A stretch of DNA of 64,000 nucleotides from Chloroflexota bacterium (GTDB lineage: Bacteria > Chloroflexota > UBA11872 > VXOZ01). This document shows, one piece after another, positions 56,145 to 64,000 of the stretch; the first letter of the stretch is position 1, and each line of letters starts with the position of its first letter. The stretch is from assembly GCA_963663275.1 (NCBI GenBank), contig OY760183.1, positions 1,408,001 to 1,472,000 of the forward strand. Direction: 5' to 3'. The notes under the pieces were generated by a model. It was not told the origin of the DNA, made no database searches, and saw only the letters and a list, made by a program, of their open reading frames with translations. Made by a program: the position numbers and the translations under genes.

Positions 56145-56764
56145 GAGTTGTCATGGAAAAGGCAGCCGGCGGTATGAAGGACGGCGCCGCAATGAAGGGA
56201 ACCGCGCTCAGGGGAACGCAGGAAGTTGGCGCGTCGCGCGCGGCTTGGCGGCGGGCGGCGCGGGGCGCCGCTGGGGTGACCGCCATTGTTCTGTTGCTCG
56301 CCGTTGTGCTGCTCCACCTTGGGGTGCACGCGGCGCGGGCGGACACGATCGAAGAACGGACCACGGCGATTGCCAAGCAACTCAAGTGTCCGGTCTGCCA
56401 GAACATTCCGGTGGCGTATTCCCAATCGCAGTTGGCGGACGAGATGCGCCGGGTGATACGCGACAAGCTGGCGCAAGGCGAGAGCGAGGAGGCCATCATC
56501 CAGTACTTCGTAGACCGCTACGGCGAGGACGTGCTGCTGGAACCGCGCCGGGAGGGGTTCAGCCTGCTCTTGTGGCTGGCGGCGAGCGGCGCGCTGGCGT
56601 TTGGCGGGGCGGTGGTTGGCATTGTGCTCTGGAACTGGAGCCGCGCCCGTCCGGCGGCCGCGGCCGGCGCGGCGGCGGCAGAGGCTGCCGGGCCGCCTGC
56701 CGGCAAGCTGGAGGAACTCTTCGAGGAAGAATTCGCGCGCTACAAGCGGGGCAGGCGGTCATGA
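56141..56764 (+). CDS. ccmH: Cytochrome c biogenesis protein CcmH
   Basis: LKCPVCQN, FVDRYGE.VLLEP and C-terminal TM helix; ATGA overlap with ccmF. Confidence 0.9.
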   Translation: MRVVMEKAAGGMKDGAAMKGTALRGTQEVGASRAAWRRAARGAAGVTAIVLLLAVVLLHLGVHAARADTIEERTTAIAKQLKCPVCQNIPVAYSQSQLADEMRRVIRDKLAQGESEEAIIQYFVDRYGEDVLLEPRREGFSLLLWLAASGALAFGGAVVGIVLWNWSRARPAAAAGAAAAEAAGPPAGKLEELFEEEFARYKRGRRS

Positions 56765-58143
56765 ACTGGATCGTTGGTGGTGTGCTCGGCCTCGGCGCGT
56801 TGCTCTGGATACTGTGGCCGCTGGCGCGGCGCGGCGGCCCGGCGAGAACGCGCCGGGCGGACGGCGCGGCCGGCTTGGCTGAAGGCGGAGGCGCGGTCAG
56901 AGACGGCGGCGCGGTCGTAGACGACGACCTGGCCGAACGCACGCTGCTGCTCTATCAGGAACTGGAAGAGATCGACCTGGAGCACGAGCAGGGCGACCTT
57001 TCCGATGACGAGTACGCCGCTTTGCGTGAGGCGCAGAAGGGGCGCGTGCTTGCCGTGCTTGAACAGCGGCAGCGGGCGGCGGGCGCTGCGCGCGAGGCCG
57101 AAGACCCCGGCGATGACATTGCGCTCCACCGCGATTCCGGGCGTAGTGATGCCAACGCGCTCAGCGACGCCATTGAGGACGAGATTCTGCGCATTCGCGC
57201 CCAACGGCGGGGAGAGCGCGCGGCTTCCGCCGGGCAGCCGTCCGCGGCCCTGGCCCCGGCGCGGGGGATGCACTGGCTCTGGCTCGGCGTGCCGGCCGCC
57301 TTGGTGCTCATCGCCTTTGGCGTCATCTTCCAACTCTACCAGTCTTCCGCCCGCACGCTCACCGAACAGACGCCGATCGCGCAGATCGAGGCTGCGGCGC
57401 TCGTCGGCTTTGCCTACCTCGCGCCCAACCACGTGCTGCTGGCGAGCGCCAACGGTCTGCGGGAGAGCCGCGACGGTGGACGGTCGTGGACGGAGAGCGC
57501 GCTGGATGCCGCGCCGACCGCTCTGGCGACAGCGCCAGGGGCGGCAGCGCGCGGGTATGCGTACGTGTTTACCGCGGACAGTGTGCTCGCGACCGCCGAT
57601 GCAGGAGAAACGTGGCAGGAAGTGCAAGGCACGTTGCCGGGCGCGGACGTGCTCGCGGCGGCGGTAAATCCTTTCATGCCGACGGAAGTCTACGCCGGTT
57701 TCGCCGGTGCCGGCCTCTACCGCTCGCGCGACGGCGGCAGGACGTGGGAACCGGTGGCGACGCCGGACGATGAACCGGTCGTGGCAATCTTCGTGGGCAG
57801 CATACCGCCGCTGCTCTTCATTGCCGGAGAATCGGGGAACGTGCGGGTGAGCAGCGACGAGGGAGCGACGTGGCGGGCGGCCAGCGGCGCGGTCACCATG
57901 GCGCTACGGGGCCCGGTGCGCGCGCTCTCCGGCGCGCCGGACGCCAGCGTGCTCTACGCCGCCTCCCACACCGGTCTCTACATGAGCACGTCGGCGGGGC
58001 AGACCTGGATCGATCTGCCGCTGCGCAAACCGCTGGCGGCCGTGGCCGTTGATCCGGCGGACGCCCGCACCGTGCTGGCCGTGACGGAATCGGGCGAGGT
58101 GTACCGCAGCACGGACGGCGGCATCGCGTGGAGGGACGAATGA
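56761..58143 (+). CDS. CcmI-like membrane N-terminus fused to an Asp-box (BNR) beta-propeller
   Basis: TM-WPL, ELEEIDLE..QGDLSDDEY motif, second TM helix, six S/T.D.G..W Asp-boxes; ATGA overlap with ccmH. Confidence 0.7.
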   Translation: MNWIVGGVLGLGALLWILWPLARRGGPARTRRADGAAGLAEGGGAVRDGGAVVDDDLAERTLLLYQELEEIDLEHEQGDLSDDEYAALREAQKGRVLAVLEQRQRAAGAAREAEDPGDDIALHRDSGRSDANALSDAIEDEILRIRAQRRGERAASAGQPSAALAPARGMHWLWLGVPAALVLIAFGVIFQLYQSSARTLTEQTPIAQIEAAALVGFAYLAPNHVLLASANGLRESRDGGRSWTESALDAAPTALATAPGAAARGYAYVFTADSVLATADAGETWQEVQGTLPGADVLAAAVNPFMPTEVYAGFAGAGLYRSRDGGRTWEPVATPDDEPVVAIFVGSIPPLLFIAGESGNVRVSSDEGATWRAASGAVTMALRGPVRALSGAPDASVLYAASHTGLYMSTSAGQTWIDLPLRKPLAAVAVDPADARTVLAVTESGEVYRSTDGGIAWRDE

Positions 58144-59789
58144 CGGTACCAGCCGCCAACAGTCATCGCGGTTGTCGCGGGAACGCGCCGTCATTCCCGC
58201 GCACGCGGAAATCCAGCCGCGTAGGGGCGGTTCGCGAACCGCCCGTTCGGGGTGGCGAACGTGTTGATGACAAACGGGAAAGCGTTTCCGCAGGCGTTTC
58301 GTCATTCTTGTGCGTGCGGAATCTTGTCCGCATCGGGGCGGTTCGCGAACCGCCCGTACAGTGTGGCAGTGGACATAGTGCCAGACTGGAGAGCATTCCC
58401 GCAGGCGAATTGTCACTCTCGCGCAGGCAGGATCCTATCCGCATCGGTGCGGTTCGCGAACCGCCCCTACCCGGTCTTGGGCGCAGGTGGGGATTAATCC
58501 GCGCCGCGCCCCTCTTCCTCGGCATTCTGCTCTCCCTCCTTTTGCCGTCCGCGCTTGCGGCGGCGGACGGGGTCGTCACCGGCACGGTCGTGAACGGCAC
58601 CGCGGGCGGCGGCGTGCCGGCGGACGTAGCGGTGACGCTCTACTTCCTGCGCGAAGGCGACATCGTGGAGCAGCGCACGGCGGTCACCGACGCCGGCGGC
58701 GAATATAGTTTTGTGGATCTGCCGCTGGACGCGGGGCTGCGCTTCGTGGTGGTAGCCGCCTACCTGAGTGTGCCGTACAATACGCCGCAGTTTCAGTTCG
58801 AGGAGAGCGCCGCAGTCCAGGCGCCCCCGCTCACGGTGTATGAAGCGATCCAGGACCCGAGCGTGGTGCGGGTCATTACCGACGTGATGATCGTCGCGCC
58901 GGGAGAGGAGCGGAGCGGTTTGCTGGCCGTCATCGAGGTGGTGCGGCTGGCCAACGACAGCGACCGCACCTATCTCGCCACCGGCGTGGCCGGGGGCAGG
59001 CCGGCGATGGACCGGGTGCTCCGTTTCGCGCTGCCGGCGAACGCGCAGGACCTCACGATGATCAGCGGCCTCAGCGGCCAGAACGTGGTGGAGATCGACA
59101 GCGAACGCGACAACCTGCGCGGGTTCGGCGTCTTCATGCCGCTGCTGCCCGGCGAGCGGGAAGTGGCGTTTGGCTACCAGGTGCCGTACGCCGGCAGCAC
59201 GCTGAGCCTGAGCAAGCGCACGGTCTATCCCACCGACCACTTTGCCGTGATCGCGCTGGAAGAGCACGCGCTGCGCTTCGTTTCGGAGGAGCTCGAGGTG
59301 CAGGCCACGCCAATCGGCGAGCGCCGCTACCTGGTTGGCGCTACCAACACGCTGGCGGCGCGGGCGCAGGTAACGGTGCGGGTCGAGGGTTTGCCCGCGC
59401 CGTCGCTGCGCGTGCGGTTGGAGCGCCTGTTCGAAGGCCTGCGGGGCGCGCAAGCCACGGTCTACGTCTTGCTTGGCGTCGTATTGGTCTTGCCGATTCT
59501 CTATGCGCTCTATCGTCTGCGGGGCGGACGACGGCGGATACCGGCGCGCGGCTCCGCGGTCGCCGCGCCTGCGGCGCAGCCAGCCGCGCCGGACGCCAGT
59601 GACGAGCTGGTCGCAGGCAGCCGTTCGCGTGACGACAGAGAGTCATTGCTCCTTGAGATCGTCCAACTGGATGACGACTTCGCAACCGGCGGCATGGGCG
59701 AGGAGGAGTACCGGCGGCTGCGGGCGGAGAAGAAGCGGCGCTTGGTGGAACTCTATCGGGAACCGGATGCAGAGGATGGCCGTGAGTGA
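58140..59789 (+). CDS. Ccm-associated membrane protein (carboxypeptidase-regulatory-like/Ig domains, C-terminal CcmI-like motif); N-terminus contains REP-derived sequence
   Basis: ATGA overlap with the upstream gene; signal-like LFLGILLSLLLPSALAA; VTGTVVNGT...TDAGGEYSF; TM helix; LDDDFATG..GEEEYRRLR; start uncertain. Confidence 0.65.
   Translation: MTVPAANSHRGCRGNAPSFPRTRKSSRVGAVREPPVRGGERVDDKRESVSAGVSSFLCVRNLVRIGAVREPPVQCGSGHSARLESIPAGELSLSRRQDPIRIGAVREPPLPGLGRRWGLIRAAPLFLGILLSLLLPSALAAADGVVTGTVVNGTAGGGVPADVAVTLYFLREGDIVEQRTAVTDAGGEYSFVDLPLDAGLRFVVVAAYLSVPYNTPQFQFEESAAVQAPPLTVYEAIQDPSVVRVITDVMIVAPGEERSGLLAVIEVVRLANDSDRTYLATGVAGGRPAMDRVLRFALPANAQDLTMISGLSGQNVVEIDSERDNLRGFGVFMPLLPGEREVAFGYQVPYAGSTLSLSKRTVYPTDHFAVIALEEHALRFVSEELEVQATPIGERRYLVGATNTLAARAQVTVRVEGLPAPSLRVRLERLFEGLRGAQATVYVLLGVVLVLPILYALYRLRGGRRRIPARGSAVAAPAAQPAAPDASDELVAGSRSRDDRESLLLEIVQLDDDFATGGMGEEEYRRLRAEKKRRLVELYREPDAEDGRE
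58190..58470. repeat. dRS3-like GTCATTCCCGCG..CGCGGAAATCC element plus three GGGCGGTTCGCGAACCGCCC REPs at 111-bp spacing
   Basis: gcggttcgcgaaccgccc at 58227, 58338 and 58449. Confidence 0.85.
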
Positions 59790-59796
59790 CCACAGG

Positions 59797-60027
59797 CCCG
59801 TGGTGGGGGCGCGACATGTCCCGAACCTACTTCGCCGTTCGCCCGCCGTGGTAGGGGCACGACATGTCGTGCCCCTACCACGGAACGGGAACCGGGAAGG
59901 AGGGTTGCGATACGTCGTGCCCCTACCACGGAACGGGAACCGGGAAGGGGGGTTGCGATACGTCGTGCCCCTACCACGGAACGCGAACCGGGAAGGAGGG
60001 TTTCAATTCGTCGTGCCCCTACCACGG
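59797..60027. repeat. 38-bp perfect REP palindrome (59846-59883) followed by a 48-bp tandem repeat
   Basis: gtcgtgcccctaccacgg at 59866, 59914, 59962 and 60010. Confidence 0.9.
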
Positions 60028-60134
60028 CGCGGACACCGCCAAGGGGCGCGCTCACATTCCGTTGCCGCGGCGGCGAGGGGGGCGGCATTGGGATTGGACC
60101 TCGACCCTGCCGGGCCGAGCGAAAGGGGAGCGCG

Positions 60135-60869
60135 ATGAGCGATGCCGCGCCGTCCGCGGCCGGCTTTGCCGTAGAGGCGCGCGGTCTGGCAAAGCGCTTT
60201 GGTCCGCACGTTGCCCTGGATCGGGTTGAACTCTCTCTGCGAGAGCGGGAGCGCCTGGCGGTGCTGGGACCCAACGGCGCCGGCAAGAGCACGCTCATCG
60301 CCGTGCTGGCCACGCTCACGCGCCCATCGGCGGGAACGCTGCGCGTGATGGGCTACGACAGCGCCGCCGCGCCGAACGAGGTGCGCCGCCGCGTTGGCGT
60401 CGTGGCGCACCAGACCTACCTGTATCAGGAGCTTTCGGCGCGGGAAAACCTGCTGTTCTACGGGCGTTTGTATGGTGTGGCCGGGCTTGCCGAGCGTGTA
60501 GACGCACTGCTGAAACTCGTAGACATCTACCCGCGCCGCCACGAGCAGATCGCCAATCTATCGCGCGGCATGCAGCAGCGCGTGGGCCTGGCGCGGGCGC
60601 TGGTGCACGACCCGGGGGTGCTCCTGCTGGATGAGCCGGACACCGGCCTGGACCAGGAACACCTGGCGTTGCTGGCGTCTCTGGTGGAAGGCCGCGCCAT
60701 TCCGGCCCGGACGGTCGTTCTGACTACCCACAATCTGGAGCGCGCGCTGGCGTTGTGCGACCGCGTGGCGGTGCTGGCGCGGGGGCGGCCGGTCTATCAG
60801 GCCGCGAGCGGGCGCCTCGATCGCGCGGCGCTGCAAGAGGCCTACCGCCTGGCGGGAGCCGCGCCATGA
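60135..60869 (+). CDS. ccmA: Heme exporter ATPase CcmA
   Basis: GPNGAGKS, LSRGMQQR and LLDEP; adjacent to ccmB. Confidence 0.88.
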   Translation: MSDAAPSAAGFAVEARGLAKRFGPHVALDRVELSLRERERLAVLGPNGAGKSTLIAVLATLTRPSAGTLRVMGYDSAAAPNEVRRRVGVVAHQTYLYQELSARENLLFYGRLYGVAGLAERVDALLKLVDIYPRRHEQIANLSRGMQQRVGLARALVHDPGVLLLDEPDTGLDQEHLALLASLVEGRAIPARTVVLTTHNLERALALCDRVAVLARGRPVYQAASGRLDRAALQEAYRLAGAAP

Positions 60870-61534
60870 TCCTGGCCGCGCGGCAGGTAATCGCGGTGGT
60901 GCGCAAGGATCTCCTGGTCGAGGCGCGGGCGCGCGACTTGCTGAACGTGATGCTCACCTTTGCCGTGCTCACGCTCATCATCTTCAACCTCGCTTTGGAC
61001 CTGCGGGGGCCGGTGGTGCGGGACGTAGGGCCGGGGCTGCTCTGGCTCACGATCGCCTTTGCAGCAATGCTGGGCATGGGCCGCGCGTTCGTGCGCGAAC
61101 ACGAGCGCGGCACGCTGGACGGCCTGCTGCTCGCTCCCATCGACCGGGGCGCGCTCTTCATCGGCAAACTGCTGGCAAACCTGCTCTACCTCTTCATCAT
61201 GGAAGCGGTGGCGCTGCCCCTGTTCGCGCTGCTCTTCGACCTGCCCGTGCTCCGGCCGGACGTGCTCCTCATCACGGGGCTGGGCACGCTGGGCTTCGCT
61301 ACGCTGGGCACGATCTTCTCGGCAATGGTGGCCCACAGCCGGGCGCGGGAGGCGCTGCTGCCGCTCCTGCTCCTGCCCACGACCGTGCCGGTGCTCATCG
61401 GCGCGGTGCAGGCAACGAGCAGTGCCATCGATGGAGTGACAGGCGGCCCGCCGTGGGTCGGCCTGCTGATCGCCTTCGACGTGATTTTTCTTACCCTTTC
61501 GTACTTGCTATTCGAGTACGCGATTGAAGGATGA
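60866..61534 (+). CDS. ccmB: Heme exporter permease CcmB
   Basis: KDLLVEAR, F.RE.E.GTLDGLLL and LLPLLLLP..VPVLI motifs. Confidence 0.92.
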   Translation: MILAARQVIAVVRKDLLVEARARDLLNVMLTFAVLTLIIFNLALDLRGPVVRDVGPGLLWLTIAFAAMLGMGRAFVREHERGTLDGLLLAPIDRGALFIGKLLANLLYLFIMEAVALPLFALLFDLPVLRPDVLLITGLGTLGFATLGTIFSAMVAHSRAREALLPLLLLPTTVPVLIGAVQATSSAIDGVTGGPPWVGLLIAFDVIFLTLSYLLFEYAIEG

Positions 61535-61855
61535 ACGCGGCCGTATGATTCGCGCGGAGGCGGGACGAACGGTGTATACTGTAAGACCGCATGGGAGTTA
61601 AGGTAGCTTTACAAACGTGCGCATACATTAATCAGATGCGCAAAGTGAGCAGGAGCGGAAGTAGACAAGCCCCAGTGTTGGCGCTTTGGACCTGGGAGCG
61701 CGCTACTACCCGTTCGTGCTGAGCCCGTCGAAGTATGAACGGGTGGTACCGTGCACCACAAACCAACCCGCCGCTCACCTTTCGACAGGCTCAAGGCGAA
61801 CGGCTGTGCGCAGGCTCATCGAGTTGTCAAGATTTGAAGAGACAGAGGCGGCGTG

Positions 61856-62285
61856 GGGCGAGCGGACACGGTCGGGCAAGGGCCGTGCGGCAAGAGGCGG
61901 GGGACAAGCCCCCGCGCTACGGCTAACCGGTAGGGGCAGGCCTTGTGCCTGCCCGAGGCGAAAAGCGGGTGACAAGCCCCGCGCTACGGGGAGGCGAGGC
62001 GGGGCGAGCGGACGCGGGCGGGTAAGCCCGTACGGCAAGAGGCGGGGGACAAGCCCCCGCGCTACGGCTAACCGGTAGGGGCAGGCCTTGTGCCTGCCCG
62101 AGGCGAAAAGCGGGTGACAAGCCCCGCGCTACGGGGAGGCGGGGCGAGCGGACGCGGGCGGGTAAGGCCCGTACGGCAAGAGGCGGGGGACGAGCCCCCG
62201 CGCTACGGCTAACCGGTAGGGGCAGGCCTTGTGCCTGCCCGAGGCGAAAAGCGGGTGGCAAGGCCCCGCGCTACGGGGAGGCGGC
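61856..62285. repeat. BIME-like array: three 141-145-bp units, each with several different REP hairpins
   Basis: caagaggcgggggac(a/g)agcccccgcgctacggctaaccggtaggggcaggccttgtgcctgccc at 61891, 62036 and 62177. Confidence 0.9.
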
Positions 62286-62423
62286 CTCCAGCGCAATTGG
62301 GGTGTGGGCAAGAATACTAAACCCGGGCGTAGGCGGAAAGAACACTATCACGGGCATAGGCAGGAAGAACATCGTACCCACGTGCAACTTTGCGGCGGAT
62401 TGCCGTTGCAGGAAAGGATGCCA

Positions 62424-63125
62424 ATGTTGTTGAGCAGGAGGGGCACAGGCGGGCGCAGTTGGATAGACGACGCGCTGGGCGTTGCCGCGTTGGTCGGCAT
62501 GACCGCGGCGCTGTGGCTGATCTTCATCTACACGCCGGTTGAGGCCGTGCAAGGCGCGGTGCAGAAGGTCTTCTACATTCACCTGGCGTCGATCTGGAAC
62601 GCCTATCTGGGTTTCTTCATCGTCTTCGTAGCGAGCATTCTCTATCTCCGGCGGCCAAGCGAGCGCAAAGACCGCATCGCCCGCGCCTGGGCGGAAATCG
62701 GAGTGGTCTTCACCACGATTACGCTGGTCAGCGGCTCGATTTGGGGCAAGCCGATTTGGGGCACGTACTGGACGTGGGACCCGCGCCTGACGTCCACGCT
62801 CGTGCTCTGGCTCATCTACGTGGTCTACCTCATGCTGCGCGGCTTCGTCGGCGACCCGGAGCGCGGCCGGCGCTTTGCCGCCATCGTCGGCATCATCGGC
62901 TTCATCGACGTGCCCATCGTGCACATGTCCGTGCGCTGGTGGCGCACGCTGCACCCGGAACCCATCGTCGCCACGGCCGAGGCGGCCCTGCCGGCGAGCA
63001 TGTGGTATACCGTGCTCTTCTGCATCGCGGTCTTTACGGCGCTGGCGCTCTTCCTGGTGCGGCAGCGCCTGCAAATCGATGAAATGCGGGAAACGCTGCG
63101 TTCCCTGCGCGCGTCCTCGAGTTGA
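62424..63125 (+). CDS. ccmC: Heme exporter CcmC
   Basis: FYIHL, WWD domain WGKPIWGTYWTWDPRLT and WWRTLHP. Confidence 0.93.
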   Translation: MLLSRRGTGGRSWIDDALGVAALVGMTAALWLIFIYTPVEAVQGAVQKVFYIHLASIWNAYLGFFIVFVASILYLRRPSERKDRIARAWAEIGVVFTTITLVSGSIWGKPIWGTYWTWDPRLTSTLVLWLIYVVYLMLRGFVGDPERGRRFAAIVGIIGFIDVPIVHMSVRWWRTLHPEPIVATAEAALPASMWYTVLFCIAVFTALALFLVRQRLQIDEMRETLRSLRASSS

Positions 63126-63146
63126 AAGCAATTGAGGAGTATTGAC

Positions 63147-63326
63147 GTGGAATCCGTACAGAACTTCGATTACCTGTTCGCCGCGTTCGCTATCTTCTGG
63201 GTAGTGTTGTTCGGCTACTTCTTCTGGGTCACCCGGCAGCTTGGCGACCTGCGGCGCGAGGTCAATGCGCTCCGCGAGGAACGGGCGAGTGGCGAGGCCG
63301 GGCGGGAAGAAGAGTCCGGCGCATAG
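63147..63326 (+). CDS. ccmD: CcmD family protein
   Basis: YLFAAFAIFWVVLFGY TM helix followed by a charged helix; directly after ccmC; GAGGAG RBS. Confidence 0.8.
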   Translation: MESVQNFDYLFAAFAIFWVVLFGYFFWVTRQLGDLRREVNALREERASGEAGREEESGA

Positions 63327-63397
63327 GTTGGGCGTGAGGCCGGTAGCCGTTCATCCTTCGACGCGCTCAGGACGAACGGCTACCGGGTTATTGTGAG

Positions 63398-63630
63398 AAG
63401 ACCCCTGCATTACCCCTTCCCCATCGAGGGCTGACAGGGGTAGGCAAGTGTCATTCCGAGCGGAGCGTCGAACAGGGTTCGCGGAATCTAGAACCGACGT
63501 TTTTGCAGCGAAAGCCTTAGATTCCTCTCTCCGCTGCGCTCCGCTCGGAATGACACGTGAAGTCGGATGTAGAATGCCTACCTCTGTCAGCCCATTGAGG
63601 GGGAAAGTTGGGATGGGGGTGAAAAGGCTT
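63398..63630. mobile_element. Truncated type-A1 MITE with nested type-B MITE (63429-63592)
   Basis: Flanks CATCGAG / CATTGAG; GGCTGACAGGGGTAGGCA...TGCCTACCTCTGTCAGCC. Confidence 0.82.
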
Positions 63631-63800
63631 GCTTCCTACCGTTCCAGACGCTGCGCGCCCTCTCCGGCAGGCGTAGAGTTTGGCGCCGCATCTAGCGGCA
63701 ACGAGCCCCTGCCGCCGCGCTCTGTTGGCACTCGCAGAGGCGCGTGGTATCCTATAAATAATGAAGTAATGGAGCGATTCAAGAATCTGAGTGTGCACTG

Positions 63801-64000
63801 ATGCCGAAAGACTCGCCATGTACGGCCCCGGAGCGGCAGGCCGCCAGCAGCCAGGGTGACCCCGCGCTCACCTGCGCCGCGCCCGCGCCCGTAGCCGAGC
63901 CTGCGCTCGTTGCCGAGCGCGCGGAAACCGACGCCCGCGCCCGCAGCCTGGCGCTGAACGAGCGGGTGCCTGCCAGCGGGTTGTTTGGCGAGGCCAGCCG
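63801..64000 (+). CDS. Possible 5' end of a gene running off the window
   Basis: ATG 63801 opens a frame (MPKDSPCTAPERQ...) with no stop before the window end; no family motif. Confidence 0.3.
   Translation, partial: MPKDSPCTAPERQAASSQGDPALTCAAPAPVAEPALVAERAETDARARSLALNERVPASGLFGEAS

Noticed and set aside
56083-56760. N-terminal part of the 686-aa ORF 56083-58143
   Set aside because: Overlaps ccmH in another frame; the likely start is ATG 56761, coupled to the ccmH stop
58221-58470. Possible mini-CRISPR (3 palindromic repeats with distinct intervening sequence)
   Set aside because: Intervening segments are about 90 nt, too long for spacers, and the repeat is a GTAG-type REP
59866-60027. 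Possible CRISPR array (48-bp period)
   Set aside because: The spacers are copies of each other, so this is a simple tandem duplication
1-64000. tRNA, rRNA, reverse transcriptase/DGR, cas or RAYT genes
   Set aside because: No recognisable signatures found by eye in the sequence or the ORF track

Overview
High-GC bacterial chromosomal window, most likely from a Chloroflexota genome. This is an inference from the Chloroflexi-type surface repeat domain, Tat-lipoprotein solute-binding proteins, Uma2 paralogues and DUF1640-like paralogues. Housekeeping genes are rel, recJ, thrC, hom, ftsH and mutM. There are many catabolic genes, a vapBC-type toxin-antitoxin pair, a heterodimeric ABC exporter, and a System I cytochrome c maturation cluster with two unusual accessory membrane proteins. 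No rRNA, tRNA or CRISPR array was seen. The most striking signal is intergenic. An intact IS5-family (IS1106-like) element sits in the loop of a REP-like hairpin. Short non-autonomous elements (MITEs) share its ends. A second ~150-bp MITE family is nested inside them with 7-bp target duplications, and both empty and filled alleles are visible in the window. Several GTAG-type REP families form arrays, form perfect palindromes with locus-specific arms, and lie in-frame inside the ccm operon. Other oddities are a Rel with a duplicated Cys-rich ribosome-binding (ZFD/RIS) domain and a stand-alone, acidic tyrosine-recombinase core-binding domain. All calls come from reading the sequence by eye; no database searches were run.
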